A stretch of DNA of 64,000 bases from assembly GCA_963836235.1 (NCBI GenBank), contig CAWIIP010000005.1:32001-96000 (forward strand), read 5' to 3'. Both the position numbers and the translations under genes were made by a program. The stretch comes from an uncultured Pseudomonadota bacterium. Its GTDB lineage: Bacteria > Oederibacteriota > Muellerivitia > Muellerivitales > Muellerivitaceae. Of the stretch, positions 49,931 to 60,962 are shown in pieces; positions within the stretch are counted from its first letter, which is position 1, and each line of letters begins with the position of its first letter. The notes beneath the pieces were generated by a model that saw only the letters and a list, made by a program, of their open reading frames with translations, had not been told where the DNA came from and did no database searches.

Positions 49931-50119
49931 GTCCCGAATTGGTAGCCGCCTCTTTGAATGGATAGATTAAATTCTTGATGTGATTTTTCTACCAAGACAT
50001 GGTAAGAAAAGACGAAACGTATCATCCTCTACCCAAGGTTTTGACAAACAAAAGTCCTAAAATTGATACCTCAACCCAAAACATTAAACAGCAAATATCC
50101 TGAGCGCCCCAACCAATAA

Positions 50120-52165
50120 TCATTTCGAAGTTTGGCTTTCAAAAGGAATTAGCTTTTGATGGATAAGTTCATGGGCAAATATGGTCCCCAGCAAAGTATG
50201 CCCATTATGGTTGAAATGATAAATACCGCCGTGCTCTGCGGTGGGATAGGAGCTCGCTTTCAAAACGGACATTTGATCCGTCAGATCCATGAACGAAAGA
50301 CCACTTCTCGCGCAAACGTCTTTCCAGAAAAGACGGTAAGGTTCGTTAGGATATTCCGAATCACCAATATTTCCAATTGGAAGAAACCAAAGTCCAAACA
50401 TCATTGGTTTCCCATCCTTCGTTTTCATCTTTTCAATCTTTTTTCCTAATAAAACCGATGGTTTGCCGACCAATTGAATCAAATCCTCCCGAACATCCCC
50501 ATCTCCCAACATCTGGTCCATTGGGACAAAGGTTTCAAGATTGCCGGCCTTACCGAAATGATTTTCGATACACCGATGGTAAAAATCCTTTAAGACAGGG
50601 CTTTCTTCCGCTCGCTGGTCCAACGGTTTCAAAAAAAATTCCGTGTCCACGTTTTCACCCGGAATCCCATCCTTCGTTAAAGGGCTAAAAAAATACGGTT
50701 TGTACTGATCCTCCGTGGAAGGCGTCATCACCAAAAGACAAAGATCGATGTCGTAGGTCTGGAGAACAGGTGGAACTTCATAATAGGGCCACAAACCTAG
50801 AAAAAAGGTTCCGTCACGCCCTAAGCTCAATACCTGGAAGTGAACCGGAACATCCTCCAGGGCTCCCCAAGTGTTCAACATCTGCTCAAGCCGTTTGGGA
50901 AATGTTTCCATTCGGTTGTAACCCCAATCCCATCTTTTTTTATATTCATCACTATTGGTATGAACAGTATGGGAATCCCCGACGATAAGGATCCGAAAAG
51001 TATTAGGGGGTTTTGCGGCGGGAAAATCAAAATCCGTAATGCCTCCCGCCGTTCTTCGATCCCATACAAAATCGGTGTCCTTGTACTTGTCAAAACGGTA
51101 ATCCCGAAGACTGAAAATCACATTGCGGTTGGACATTGAAACAAAAAACCGCTTAGGATCCGCCGGATCGGCGACAAAACCTGGCAAGTAAGGTATGTAG
51201 TTCATCAAAACCGAGAGGTCGGGTTCACCTTTGTCTTGAATAAAGTCTCCCCAGACCGACATCATTTTAAGCGGACCGGCTTCGTTGGCGGGGGCGATTT
51301 GTACCCAATCGTTACCCTGACCCCAAGGCAATCCGTACAAAACGTCACCGGAAGAGGCTATAGCAGATATTGGGGTCACGCTTTTACCGACCATCGAAAT
51401 TGCGACTTGGGCGGTTAGGGTTCCAGCGCCGGGTTCCAATTCATATACCGCATTCGATACTCCGTCACCGACACAAACATGATTTCCGTAAACACATATT
51501 CCCCAAGGATGCGTCATTTCCAACCGGCCTTGGACAACGTTTGAAAACAACTGTTTTTCCATATCTAGTTTCGAAACTATTCCTTCACCGCTCCGGGTAA
51601 AATAAATAGAATTTTCCTCGGGAAAAAAAATCATGTCGCCCACGTCTGCGATGGTATCTAACACACTGCCATCAGAAGTCTTAGGATGAAGCGTTGACAC
51701 CATTTGCGTGTTCAAATTGACAAGGCGGAGACGGCCCTGATCGTAAACTACCAACTGGTTCGTTGGCAAGAAGACTAAAAGACTAGGTTTGTTAAAAGTA
51801 GTTTTTGGAAAAGAACCATCTTTGTTGCCCCTTATGGATGAACCCGCAAGCGTTTGGACTTCATTATTCTTGTCCAATCCGACAACCCGAATTCGGTGAT
51901 TTTCAGCATCAGCTACAAAAAGTCGGGTTCCCTTTGCGTCAACCGCGAGGCCTTGTGGCGTGTCGAATAAAGCCGAAATAAACGAGCCGTCACGGAACCC
52001 CCTTGCCCCCTGTCCGGCAACAAGATCGTTATACTCCACCATGGGCGTTATTCCCCACAGTTTCGGGGAAAGTATTAGAAATAAAAAAATTATTTTTTTC
52101 AAAGTCCGCCTTATTGTGCAGGATTTCCGAAATGACCTTTCATCGACGCGAAATACGTTTACCAA
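50120..52165 (-). CDS. Secreted NHL-repeat protein fused to an SGNH/GDSL-like domain (true start probably TTG at 52102)
   Basis: FDTPQGLAVD...FVADAENHRIR; RILIVGDSH and YHFNHNGH. Confidence 0.72.
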   Translation of the reverse strand: MVNVFRVDERSFRKSCTIRRTLKKIIFLFLILSPKLWGITPMVEYNDLVAGQGARGFRDGSFISALFDTPQGLAVDAKGTRLFVADAENHRIRVVGLDKNNEVQTLAGSSIRGNKDGSFPKTTFNKPSLLVFLPTNQLVVYDQGRLRLVNLNTQMVSTLHPKTSDGSVLDTIADVGDMIFFPEENSIYFTRSGEGIVSKLDMEKQLFSNVVQGRLEMTHPWGICVYGNHVCVGDGVSNAVYELEPGAGTLTAQVAISMVGKSVTPISAIASSGDVLYGLPWGQGNDWVQIAPANEAGPLKMMSVWGDFIQDKGEPDLSVLMNYIPYLPGFVADPADPKRFFVSMSNRNVIFSLRDYRFDKYKDTDFVWDRRTAGGITDFDFPAAKPPNTFRILIVGDSHTVHTNSDEYKKRWDWGYNRMETFPKRLEQMLNTWGALEDVPVHFQVLSLGRDGTFFLGLWPYYEVPPVLQTYDIDLCLLVMTPSTEDQYKPYFFSPLTKDGIPGENVDTEFFLKPLDQRAEESPVLKDFYHRCIENHFGKAGNLETFVPMDQMLGDGDVREDLIQLVGKPSVLLGKKIEKMKTKDGKPMMFGLWFLPIGNIGDSEYPNEPYRLFWKDVCARSGLSFMDLTDQMSVLKASSYPTAEHGGIYHFNHNGHTLLGTIFAHELIHQKLIPFESQTSK

Positions 52166-52617
52166 TTACAACACACCCTTCCTGCCCTACCACTCTATGC
52201 TACCTGATCGTGTTTATGACCATTCGACATATCAGGAAGTCGATGCTCACTAGTTTGGTATCGTCATATTTTTAAGAAGCCAGGAAATCGAAGATCAATT
52301 GACGGCTAAATTCTTTCGTCTTTCATTGCGCATTCCCCTGAATTCAATCAGCCAGAAGGCGGTTTCCAATCAACTCTTTCAAACAACACTTTTTCCAACT
52401 CATAATGGTTGTCAACCCGTCATAAGTAGGATTTACCCTCATTAAGCTTCATTTTAAAAACCCATCAAAAACCTCTGAAGATTCCTTTCGCCAGTTTATC
52501 CGTTGTTTTTTCTCCGGTAGTCTCCAAAGTGAAAGATGTCGCAACCATCATGCGAAAGATGTTCTATTTACTTTAAATAAATTTCATCTGAAAAACCCGA
52601 AATCGAAGCCTCTTAAC

Positions 52618-55600
52618 TCAAGGAACTTCACCAAAAACCGAGGTCGGCATGACCTCTCGTTTACCGTCGGGCTTGACCCAATAAAGGTTAAAGTTTGAAA
52701 GGTTGGACCCGGTCCTCCAACCATAGATATCTATGGAATGCTTACCGGCCATCAGATAGATTTCTTGGTTTTGTCCATTCGCCATTTCTGGAGTTTTATT
52801 ATCAATCTTCAGTTCCTTTTGGCTGTCCGTTTGGATAAAAAACTGGTAATGCCCCGACTCCGCCACGTTGAACTTCCCGATCCAATGGACGGCGCTGGCA
52901 GGCACGGTGAAATCATTACCATTAGTATAATTTAAAATCGGGTCATATTCGGACAAGTAGGGTGTTTCGCTCCAATTCGGCCCACGAAGATAGTCTCCCT
53001 TAAGCCCTCTGAAGGGTGGCAAGCTATCAAATGCGCCCGCGTCCAACAAAGTCGGAACTCCCTTCTCACTCACTTGTTGTATCTGGAGGTTGGGCTTAAC
53101 TCCTTCCGGCACGTCCATTTTGACTTTCACCGGATAATAGCCCTTAATCAAGGACTCGAAACGGGAAGAAGAACGGGTCTTCCCTACTTTCAAAACGACC
53201 GGAAAATCCGCCTTAATCACCCATTGGTAATTCCCAGGTACATCCACGTAAAGATGCCCGGTTAAGGTCACGTGATAAGGTCCAGCCGGAAGACCCGATG
53301 GGAATTGGGCGATTTGCTGATCCGTTTTCCCGCCAACTTCTCGATCAAAATGAGCCGTCAGGCCCCGAACCTTAGCAACTTCTTCAGCTGGGACTTTATA
53401 GAAATACTCCACCGTGTTTCCCGCAGGATCCACCATGTACTCATCATGACCACCCGGGTAAAAATATTGAAGCATAGGAATGAATCCCGTCTTCCCTTCT
53501 TCCATGGCAAAGTAGAGGCCCCGGGAAGTATCGGCACTATGAGAAATGAGGGAATTCGGCATTAACAATGGAAAGGTTTGCTTTTGATAAAAATAGCCTA
53601 AAAAATCAATGGTGTAATAATTGTAGTAGTCGGGCGAGACATAGTAATTATAGGCATCGCCGTTTTTTTGAATGATACGGCCTACCATTGTTTGCTGGGG
53701 GGCATATTCATGCCACCCGCCGAAGCTTTTGGCCTGTTTATTGAAATAAACATCGAAATTCTGGGCGGCCATCAGCCACAGGAAGGGAGCCAAGAAAACA
53801 AGGAACATCCATTCATTTTTTTCTCCGCCAAAGCTTTTTATTCTTCCCCAAAAGGCAGATATCGGCGCGGCCACAAAAAAAGCGATGAAAGGCGTCAAGG
53901 CGAATAAACGATTGGCATGGGCGGCATCGATGGAAAGAACGCAAGGCAGGCTCATCACCAGGAAACCTACCACAACATAAAAATACTTCCGGCGGAACAC
54001 GCGAAAAATGGAATAGGCAATTCCCAAAACAAAAAGGGCGCCTGAAATATCGTCCAGCATGCGATAATCCTGAAGATTATGGCGGGCATTGGGATCCCCC
54101 AGTCGGTTAAACATAATGGCGGTGCGCCCGACCACTTGCAGAAATTGTTTGAGGCCATGAACCATCAAGTCGTGCTCCCGAGTCTGGGGGTTCCAAATGA
54201 CGGGAAGACAAAGAACTATGGATAATCCCGCGAATAATGCGATTTCTTTCCAAAGAATCCTGACTATCTTGAAATTAACAAAAACCTCATACAAACCATA
54301 AATAAGTATAAGTAGGGGAAAAACTTTATAAGCCTGGTAAGTGTATGCCCCTGCCACAAAAAAACCGGCCGCGATAAGGGTCGCCACAAGCGGCTCCCGA
54401 TTTTTCGAGGTTTTAACTAAAAAGGTCAGAAAAGAAAGAACGGCTAGAGTTAAAACCCCCGATAAGATAGCCAGTGGTAAACGCATTTGTAATAACATCG
54501 AATAAAAAGAAAAAAAGGCGAAAGGGAAAACACCTAAGACAAAGAATGCGCAAGATCCAATGGTCATTGCGTAAAATAGCTGTTTCTTAGAAGACTTACT
54601 CCCATGAATGGCATAAATCAAAAAAGCAATGGTCCCAAACATATAAAGGGACATCTGAACGGTAGGAAACCCGTTCCGGCTGAAATTAATATTCCAACGC
54701 ATGACAGCTAGGATGAAAAGAGAAAGCAAAGCTATGCGAATTCCCGCCAACTGCCGAAAAGTCCAATAAATAAGAGGAAAACCAAGAAGTCCTAAAAAGG
54801 CGTAAAAAAGCTTTAGGCTTACTTCGTTAGAACCAAACAGCTTAAACCAAAGAGCCAACTGGAAAAGGGCTAAAGAATAAGCGTGAAATACATCTTCCAC
54901 ATAAAAAGGATGCCAGCCTTCATGCAGAATCCGAAGAGCCGCAAGCCCCTCAAAACCCTGGTCAATAAATAATCCCGATGGGACAGAGGCAATTTGGTAA
55001 GCCCGCATGAAAATGGCCACAACCATGACAAAAACCAAAAAAAACATTTCCCACTTAAAATCCAGGGATACCTTCTTCAACTGCTCACGGTACCAAGGCC
55101 AAAAGCTGGTTATAAATAAAATAACCGCCGCCAGGAAAAACCATGCTCCCTTAGGAAAAGTGGAGGCCTCCGCCGATTGGGCCCAATAATTCTGGCCAAT
55201 CCCGGCCAGGACGAGCGAAACCACCGCCCCAAACCCTCGCAAAACAGCTAAAGGTTGGATAGTTTTAATGGGGAAGGATGAAAAGGATATCTTTGAAGGC
55301 CGTATTTTTATTTCCCTTCTCCTCTTTTGAGGGCGAATGAATGAATATCTCTTTTTTCGGAATAAGAAAATAATTTCTTCTTCAAAATACGTTGCCAATC
55401 CCAAACAAACCGCCAACAAGGAGATGGTTAAACCCCAACCGGATCGACCTTTAAAAATAAAAACTTGTCCAAGAACCAACAGACCTAAGGCGATAAAATA
55501 TATAAAATTTATGACATTTTTATTTTTTTGAAGGGGCATTGCTCTATTTGAAAAAGCTGTCGGTAAGTTCTTCTTTGCCGCCAGCTTTCCTTTATGCTTT

Positions 55601-55638
55601 TTGGATGGCAAGCTCGGCTCCTCTTGACCAAAGTTCAA
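52618..55638 (-). CDS. ArnT/PMT-like (GT39) glycosyltransferase with two PA14-like domains
   Basis: RAYQIASVPSGLFIDQ, many TMs, WNINFSR, GLKGDY..G.NW...DPILNY..WIGKF. Confidence 0.8.
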   Translation of the reverse strand: MNFGQEEPSLPSKKHKGKLAAKKNLPTAFSNRAMPLQKNKNVINFIYFIALGLLVLGQVFIFKGRSGWGLTISLLAVCLGLATYFEEEIIFLFRKKRYSFIRPQKRRREIKIRPSKISFSSFPIKTIQPLAVLRGFGAVVSLVLAGIGQNYWAQSAEASTFPKGAWFFLAAVILFITSFWPWYREQLKKVSLDFKWEMFFLVFVMVVAIFMRAYQIASVPSGLFIDQGFEGLAALRILHEGWHPFYVEDVFHAYSLALFQLALWFKLFGSNEVSLKLFYAFLGLLGFPLIYWTFRQLAGIRIALLSLFILAVMRWNINFSRNGFPTVQMSLYMFGTIAFLIYAIHGSKSSKKQLFYAMTIGSCAFFVLGVFPFAFFSFYSMLLQMRLPLAILSGVLTLAVLSFLTFLVKTSKNREPLVATLIAAGFFVAGAYTYQAYKVFPLLILIYGLYEVFVNFKIVRILWKEIALFAGLSIVLCLPVIWNPQTREHDLMVHGLKQFLQVVGRTAIMFNRLGDPNARHNLQDYRMLDDISGALFVLGIAYSIFRVFRRKYFYVVVGFLVMSLPCVLSIDAAHANRLFALTPFIAFFVAAPISAFWGRIKSFGGEKNEWMFLVFLAPFLWLMAAQNFDVYFNKQAKSFGGWHEYAPQQTMVGRIIQKNGDAYNYYVSPDYYNYYTIDFLGYFYQKQTFPLLMPNSLISHSADTSRGLYFAMEEGKTGFIPMLQYFYPGGHDEYMVDPAGNTVEYFYKVPAEEVAKVRGLTAHFDREVGGKTDQQIAQFPSGLPAGPYHVTLTGHLYVDVPGNYQWVIKADFPVVLKVGKTRSSSRFESLIKGYYPVKVKMDVPEGVKPNLQIQQVSEKGVPTLLDAGAFDSLPPFRGLKGDYLRGPNWSETPYLSEYDPILNYTNGNDFTVPASAVHWIGKFNVAESGHYQFFIQTDSQKELKIDNKTPEMANGQNQEIYLMAGKHSIDIYGWRTGSNLSNFNLYWVKPDGKREVMPTSVFGEVP

Positions 55639-56070
55639 TCACGGTTTCTCAAACAGGCTAGATTTTATTACCTTAACCAGCCTTAAAGAAGGATGAAATG
55701 TGATTTCAGCTGGTAAAACAAGTAAAAACCCTCAACTTTTTTAAAAAAATATTTTCTTTTTCATCGGTTTTAAAAAATATACTCTTAAGCATAAAAGCTC
55801 TCTTCGTTTTATTCCAACTTACTCCCATGAAGCTTTAAAACCGAATAAGCATCTATTTAAACAAGATGCCGGGCCAAAACCCCGGGAAGCCTTCCCTGAC
55901 CGAAGAAATCATATTGAATATAGTTTGACTTCCGGCTTACAAAAAAATTTTAAAATCATTAAGAAGACCGCCCGTTAAAAAAACTAGTAACACGGTTAAA
56001 ATGATCAACTTAATCATGATCATTTTTTGCGACTTTTTAAAAAATTTTAAAAATTTTTTTCCAAATGTTA

Positions 56071-58422
56071 TTAAAGCTTTATCTTCTTGCCGCGGTTGGA
56101 TCGTTTTGGGGAAAGAATTTCTTCTTTTGCCAATTCAACAGTTCTTGGACTCGTTTGTAAAGGCATGGAGAATGGCCAAATCCCTCCCAAAGAATCCCGG
56201 ACCCACACTCCAAGACTCTGCCGCTTCAACCAGCCGATCAATAATACGACCCAGATAAAAAGTGAATACCAAAAGGTATAAACAATTATTCCCGGGTGAT
56301 AGGACATTTTTACCGTATGATGACCTGGATTTTTAAGCTCCACAACACGGAAAGCTGAGTCGGCCTGATAAACAGTCTCTTCTTTTCCATCCACTGTGGC
56401 CCTCCAACCGGGATAGTAAGTGTCCGATAAAAATAGGAAACAAGGCCGGTTGTTAGTACAGTCCATCTCCAGGTCGTTGAAATCGTACTGGGTGATTTTC
56501 GCCGCTCCAACCCATCCCTGTGGCCAGGAAGGTTTTCCCTCCGGCTCGGCGGTCAAAATAACTTCTTGGTGCGCGTCCACCTTTGCATCGCGGATGTCGT
56601 AAACCGTTTGATCCGTATCGGGATCGACCTCATACCCCCCCACCATGAAGGCCCGGGGAAAGGCCTTCGTGTCCGTCATGTAACCCGCATTTCCAAGCAA
56701 GGGTTGCCATCGATCACTGACTTTCCACTCGGGTCGCTGAAAGCGGTAGGTCAACCGAATAAGATCAGGTAAAGGCGTTTCATTGTAACGCCATTGTTCC
56801 GCAAGATATTTATGGGAAGTCTGGATAAGTACGGGATACCCCGTCATAGCCGCAGAAATTCGGTGTAAAATTTCATAGTCCTCAATTCCTTCGGGTTGTA
56901 CTCGCGGATAGCTATCGTCGAGCTGGATTTTTGCTAACAATGAAGGGTCCATTATCGTTGCCGGGCTTAAAATAGAATAAGAATTGTCAACGACAAGATG
57001 CTTTTCGTCGAATCGCCAAAGATCTGTAATTGTTCCGATTAAAAGAAATCCGGGTGTCAAAAACAAAAGGAGGGCCCGAGATATCTGCCCAAGTTTCTGA
57101 CCGCGCCAATACCTAAACCAAGCATCCAATCCCAGCCCCGCCAAACTCGATAGGGCAAAAGCGGTCACCACCATAATCCGCCCTATGCTTCGATTGTGGC
57201 CGAATCCAGGAAGATACTTGAAAAAAAAGAGGTAGAAGGAATGAGTAAAGGTGGTGGAGTCTCCCATAGCCAACAGAGTGCTGAAAAGAATAACAAGAAA
57301 AAGCCACCAAACAAAAGGTCGTTTCAAGAAAAGCCACAAAAATCCTAAAGACGCCAAAAAAAATGGGATTAAACCAATATAGATAATGATCTCGTGATAA
57401 CCCCAGCGCCCAATGTCACCTCCCGGCATCCCCAGAGCAAAAGGTTGAATGAGAATGCGTAAATACGAAGGAGAAAAATAATCTTTCATTAAATCGTTCC
57501 ATTGCCAAACCCATCGATCACTCAATCGCGCAAACTGGTAGGCGGGGGCTAATTGACACAAGGAAAGGGAGAAAGAGACAAAAACAAAAACTATCTCCGA
57601 TAGCAGAAGTTGTTTAAACGTAATTTTTCGCCGCACCCATCCCCATCCAAGCAATAGTCCGCTAAACATCATGGCATACATGTTCATTTGCGGCATACCT
57701 TCCAGGACACAAAAACCCATAGCCACCGCAGCTAACAAAATGTCAGAAAAAAGGCCACTATTCGTGAACCGTTGGACACCAAAAAAAACGAAGGGAATCC
57801 AGCTGGCCGCCAAGACAATGCAAGTATGCCCAGCGAATAAGTGTCCAACAAAAAATCCAGAAAAAGCGAAGGATAGGCCGCCCAAACAACCCGCCAACCA
57901 TACGCATCCCAAACCACGAATGAAAAAATAAGTTCCCACCGCGGCTAAAAGAAAATGGAAATAGTAACTTAAGGTGAAGGCATAAGAGACGGAAAAAATA
58001 AAAAATAGAAAATTGAGAGGAGCATAAGGACCAGACTCGGTCATAGCCAAGAAAGGTTGGCCTAAGGCACTAAAGGGGTCCCAAAATGCAGGATAAAAAT
58101 TTTTGAGGCTTTGAATCCAAACATATTTGTAAGCATAGAAATAGGAAATATCCATGCAGCCAGGAACCATGTCCGGATGAGTCAAAGGCTTCCAAAAAAC
58201 GAAGAGGGCAAAGACAGAAAACAGCAAGAACGCACTGAACGAACCTTTATTGAAAATTTTGGTCAAGGCTTGCTTTTCCAAGATATTTTCGTTTAATGAA
58301 ATACTGGATATCCAAGAAAAGAAAGACTCACGCCGTCCGGGCGCTGGAAACGAAGTTGAAAATGACGGGTCTAAAATAATGCCTTTTGCCGGTACTTTCT
58401 GTTTTGGAATTGTTTTTTTCAC
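56071..58422 (-). CDS. YfhO-family membrane protein (GT-C fold)
   Basis: FWDPFSALGQPFLA, YIGLIP, AFPRAF, LSDTYYPGWRATVDG. Confidence 0.85.
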   Translation of the reverse strand: MKKTIPKQKVPAKGIILDPSFSTSFPAPGRRESFFSWISSISLNENILEKQALTKIFNKGSFSAFLLFSVFALFVFWKPLTHPDMVPGCMDISYFYAYKYVWIQSLKNFYPAFWDPFSALGQPFLAMTESGPYAPLNFLFFIFSVSYAFTLSYYFHFLLAAVGTYFFIRGLGCVWLAGCLGGLSFAFSGFFVGHLFAGHTCIVLAASWIPFVFFGVQRFTNSGLFSDILLAAVAMGFCVLEGMPQMNMYAMMFSGLLLGWGWVRRKITFKQLLLSEIVFVFVSFSLSLCQLAPAYQFARLSDRWVWQWNDLMKDYFSPSYLRILIQPFALGMPGGDIGRWGYHEIIIYIGLIPFFLASLGFLWLFLKRPFVWWLFLVILFSTLLAMGDSTTFTHSFYLFFFKYLPGFGHNRSIGRIMVVTAFALSSLAGLGLDAWFRYWRGQKLGQISRALLLFLTPGFLLIGTITDLWRFDEKHLVVDNSYSILSPATIMDPSLLAKIQLDDSYPRVQPEGIEDYEILHRISAAMTGYPVLIQTSHKYLAEQWRYNETPLPDLIRLTYRFQRPEWKVSDRWQPLLGNAGYMTDTKAFPRAFMVGGYEVDPDTDQTVYDIRDAKVDAHQEVILTAEPEGKPSWPQGWVGAAKITQYDFNDLEMDCTNNRPCFLFLSDTYYPGWRATVDGKEETVYQADSAFRVVELKNPGHHTVKMSYHPGIIVYTFWYSLFIWVVLLIGWLKRQSLGVWVRDSLGGIWPFSMPLQTSPRTVELAKEEILSPKRSNRGKKIKL

Positions 58423-58466
58423 ACGCTACTCCATTCCCTTTGAAAAGAAGGAATTAAATAATTCGA

Positions 58467-60959
58467 TTAGGGGTTCTTAGCTGGTGTTACGAAAGAAGAG
58501 TTATTGTTCAAGTCTATGGAAAGTTCGTCCAAGGATTTATCCCATCCACCCGAAATGGAATGCACATGGACCGTTGGAAATTGGTGTTCCTGGATAAAAG
58601 CCGTCAAAATCTCAACCGAATGATTTCCTGCCGTGAGGTTTAACTTGGACTTTCGTGGAAGATTACCCTCGGGACTTTTGGTCACCAGTACTTCTCGCCC
58701 ATCCACCCATAACTCGCTGGTATTGGCCGTTTGAAAACTGACTTCATATTCACCCGGAGTGGTCACTTTCCATTCGCCCGTAATTCGGCCAACGTATCCG
58801 CCTTGTAGAAAAGGCGCGGGAACTGGATCGTTCCAACGAGCCTCCCGATCCTCGAATTGGATCATCCCCCGGCCCAAACCTAATCCCGCGTAAAAGCGCC
58901 GGAACCAATCAAAGGCGGGTTTGTACCGGACATAGAAATAATCAGTGGGATTCTGGGATAATTTTTCAAAGGGCACGATGATCCATTTAAGGGAAGTAAT
59001 GGGCCAAGCGCTTACCCTTTCATGCCATGTTCCCTCAGGGAATGCCCTGCTTAATTTATCCTTCGCCGGATCATCTCCCCCCCAAATGACTATCGCCAAG
59101 TCTTTTCCCTTTTCCCCTTCCACGAGGTCGATGGGATTAGAGTCGATCGCCAGATGGGCGTCCCTTCCCTCGCAAACTAAGTCCAGTCCGCTTTCCCCAA
59201 AATGCGAAGGATTTGGAACTAGGTAAGCCCTTTTCCCGGCGATGGAAGGGTCATCCAAAACATCCTGGGCCAGGGTATCGTTCCAGCGCATGTTCATCCA
59301 TTTTTCCAAAATTTGGACGTTCGTAACCAATGACCAAACTCCGATAATCAAAAGTAGGACTGTCCCCCATTTCGCTCCATTCCGAATCGTGGAAAAACGA
59401 AAAGCTTGCCATAACCGGTAAGCCCCCCAGGCCGCGATCAGATACATTGGCAGAAGGGTCGCCATCAGGCGATTGGAATGGGCCCCGTGGGTCACGAAGA
59501 AGGCGGCGTATCCCACGAAGAAAAGACCAAGAGTAACGCTCTGAATGAGGCGGGGCCGCGCCAGGAAGGACGCTAAGGCCGCCAGGCCGAAAGCGGGCAC
59601 GAAGAAATCCATATAGGAATCGCCCTTCATGGGGGGAATGTTCCAGAATGGATTCTGGTCGTCCCAGCTGAATAAAAGCTTGAATCCATTCCAAAAATTC
59701 GCGATACAATATTTTGTCGCTTCCCATTTGGTCAACTCGAAGCGCGGATCGAAAATGACCATCTCATTGGGATGGGCCGAGTACCCAGGCTGCATCCAAA
59801 GGGGGCTTAACAACATGGCTGTTAGCAGGGACCCGGTGGCCCACTTCCAAACCCAGTCATTTCCCCGGCTATCCAGCCCCACTCGAACATAAAGCGCGCC
59901 CAGGCCCGCCAAGATCATCCAGAGTCCCCAACCCGAACCGAAAAATTGCACCCATCCCCATTCGTGAGGCACAACTCGGTTCACGTAAAAAAAAGCGAAA
60001 GCCCAACTCAACATCACGGAGAAAGCCAGTGCCCAAGCCATCCGGTTTTTAGGCCTTAAGGACGGACTCCAAAGCATCCAAAGCCACAAACCTCCAATCA
60101 GGACAGGGGTCCAAAGACGAAAAGCCACATAGAGATAAGACCCCAGGGTCAAGGCCAACCCCCACGCGATGAAACGGGAAAGCTTTGGATTCTTCAAGAG
60201 CCGGAAGAGGAAAAGGACCACTAATGCGCAGGCCAAGACATCGGTGTGGAAGCCAAAATTAATTTTTGAAATTTGGATAAGGGTCTTGCTGATGGTCCCC
60301 ATTACCATGAGGAGGATGCCTACCCGCCGCCCGCCCACTTCCTTGCCCAGAAGGTAAAAAGACCAAAGGATAAGAAGGTCCACCACAACGCAGGATATTC
60401 GCATGGCGACAATGGCGGTCGCGTGGGGCATAAGAGACCAAAGGGCAGCCGAAAAATAAGCAAAAAGCGGTTCTCTCGTACCATAAGGCAGGAGGATAGG
60501 CCGGTCTCCGGCCACCATGATTTGGAGCGCCTCATTGGCGTAAATCCAATGGTCATTGTCAATGCAACCCGATATCCGGTGCAGGTCATATAGCCGAAGG
60601 ATGGCGCCTAACAAAAGAAGCCCGAAAAAAGCCGGTCGGGAAACAAGAGGACCTATGTCACCTTCCGGCCCACTTTCGGGAATTTTCCGAAAGAAATAAA
60701 CCATCCCGGCAAAACCCAGCAAAAGCAGCGGGTAAAATGGAAGTTTGGAAAAAAGATCCCAGCCAGGAATGAGGAGTTGGGCATTGGGAAGGGACAAGAG
60801 GGCCAGGAACGTCAAACCCCAAGAAGCCAACAAGCCCCAAAAAACAGGAGACTTCACTATCACTTCGGAAGTCGAAAGAACGGGGACGGAAGTATTGATT
60901 TTTTTTACTCGAACGGACTTACGCTGCGGGACGGATTTGCGTCTTTTGGTGGATGCCAT
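58467..60959 (-). CDS. ArnT/PMT-like glycosyltransferase with C-terminal PA14-like domain
   Basis: LRLYDL...DNDH, REPLFAY, YLLGKEVGGRRVG, PGEYEV...LWVDG...LTAGNHSV. Confidence 0.75.
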   Translation of the reverse strand: MASTKRRKSVPQRKSVRVKKINTSVPVLSTSEVIVKSPVFWGLLASWGLTFLALLSLPNAQLLIPGWDLFSKLPFYPLLLLGFAGMVYFFRKIPESGPEGDIGPLVSRPAFFGLLLLGAILRLYDLHRISGCIDNDHWIYANEALQIMVAGDRPILLPYGTREPLFAYFSAALWSLMPHATAIVAMRISCVVVDLLILWSFYLLGKEVGGRRVGILLMVMGTISKTLIQISKINFGFHTDVLACALVVLFLFRLLKNPKLSRFIAWGLALTLGSYLYVAFRLWTPVLIGGLWLWMLWSPSLRPKNRMAWALAFSVMLSWAFAFFYVNRVVPHEWGWVQFFGSGWGLWMILAGLGALYVRVGLDSRGNDWVWKWATGSLLTAMLLSPLWMQPGYSAHPNEMVIFDPRFELTKWEATKYCIANFWNGFKLLFSWDDQNPFWNIPPMKGDSYMDFFVPAFGLAALASFLARPRLIQSVTLGLFFVGYAAFFVTHGAHSNRLMATLLPMYLIAAWGAYRLWQAFRFSTIRNGAKWGTVLLLIIGVWSLVTNVQILEKWMNMRWNDTLAQDVLDDPSIAGKRAYLVPNPSHFGESGLDLVCEGRDAHLAIDSNPIDLVEGEKGKDLAIVIWGGDDPAKDKLSRAFPEGTWHERVSAWPITSLKWIIVPFEKLSQNPTDYFYVRYKPAFDWFRRFYAGLGLGRGMIQFEDREARWNDPVPAPFLQGGYVGRITGEWKVTTPGEYEVSFQTANTSELWVDGREVLVTKSPEGNLPRKSKLNLTAGNHSVEILTAFIQEHQFPTVHVHSISGGWDKSLDELSIDLNNNSSFVTPAKNP

Positions 60960-60962
60960 AAG

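Noticed and set aside
52170-52610. Long intergenic spacers (also 55640-56070 and 5995-6175) as ncRNA or tRNA loci
   Set aside because: No cloverleaf or RNA family recognisable by eye; an Infernal/Rfam scan would be needed to exclude one.
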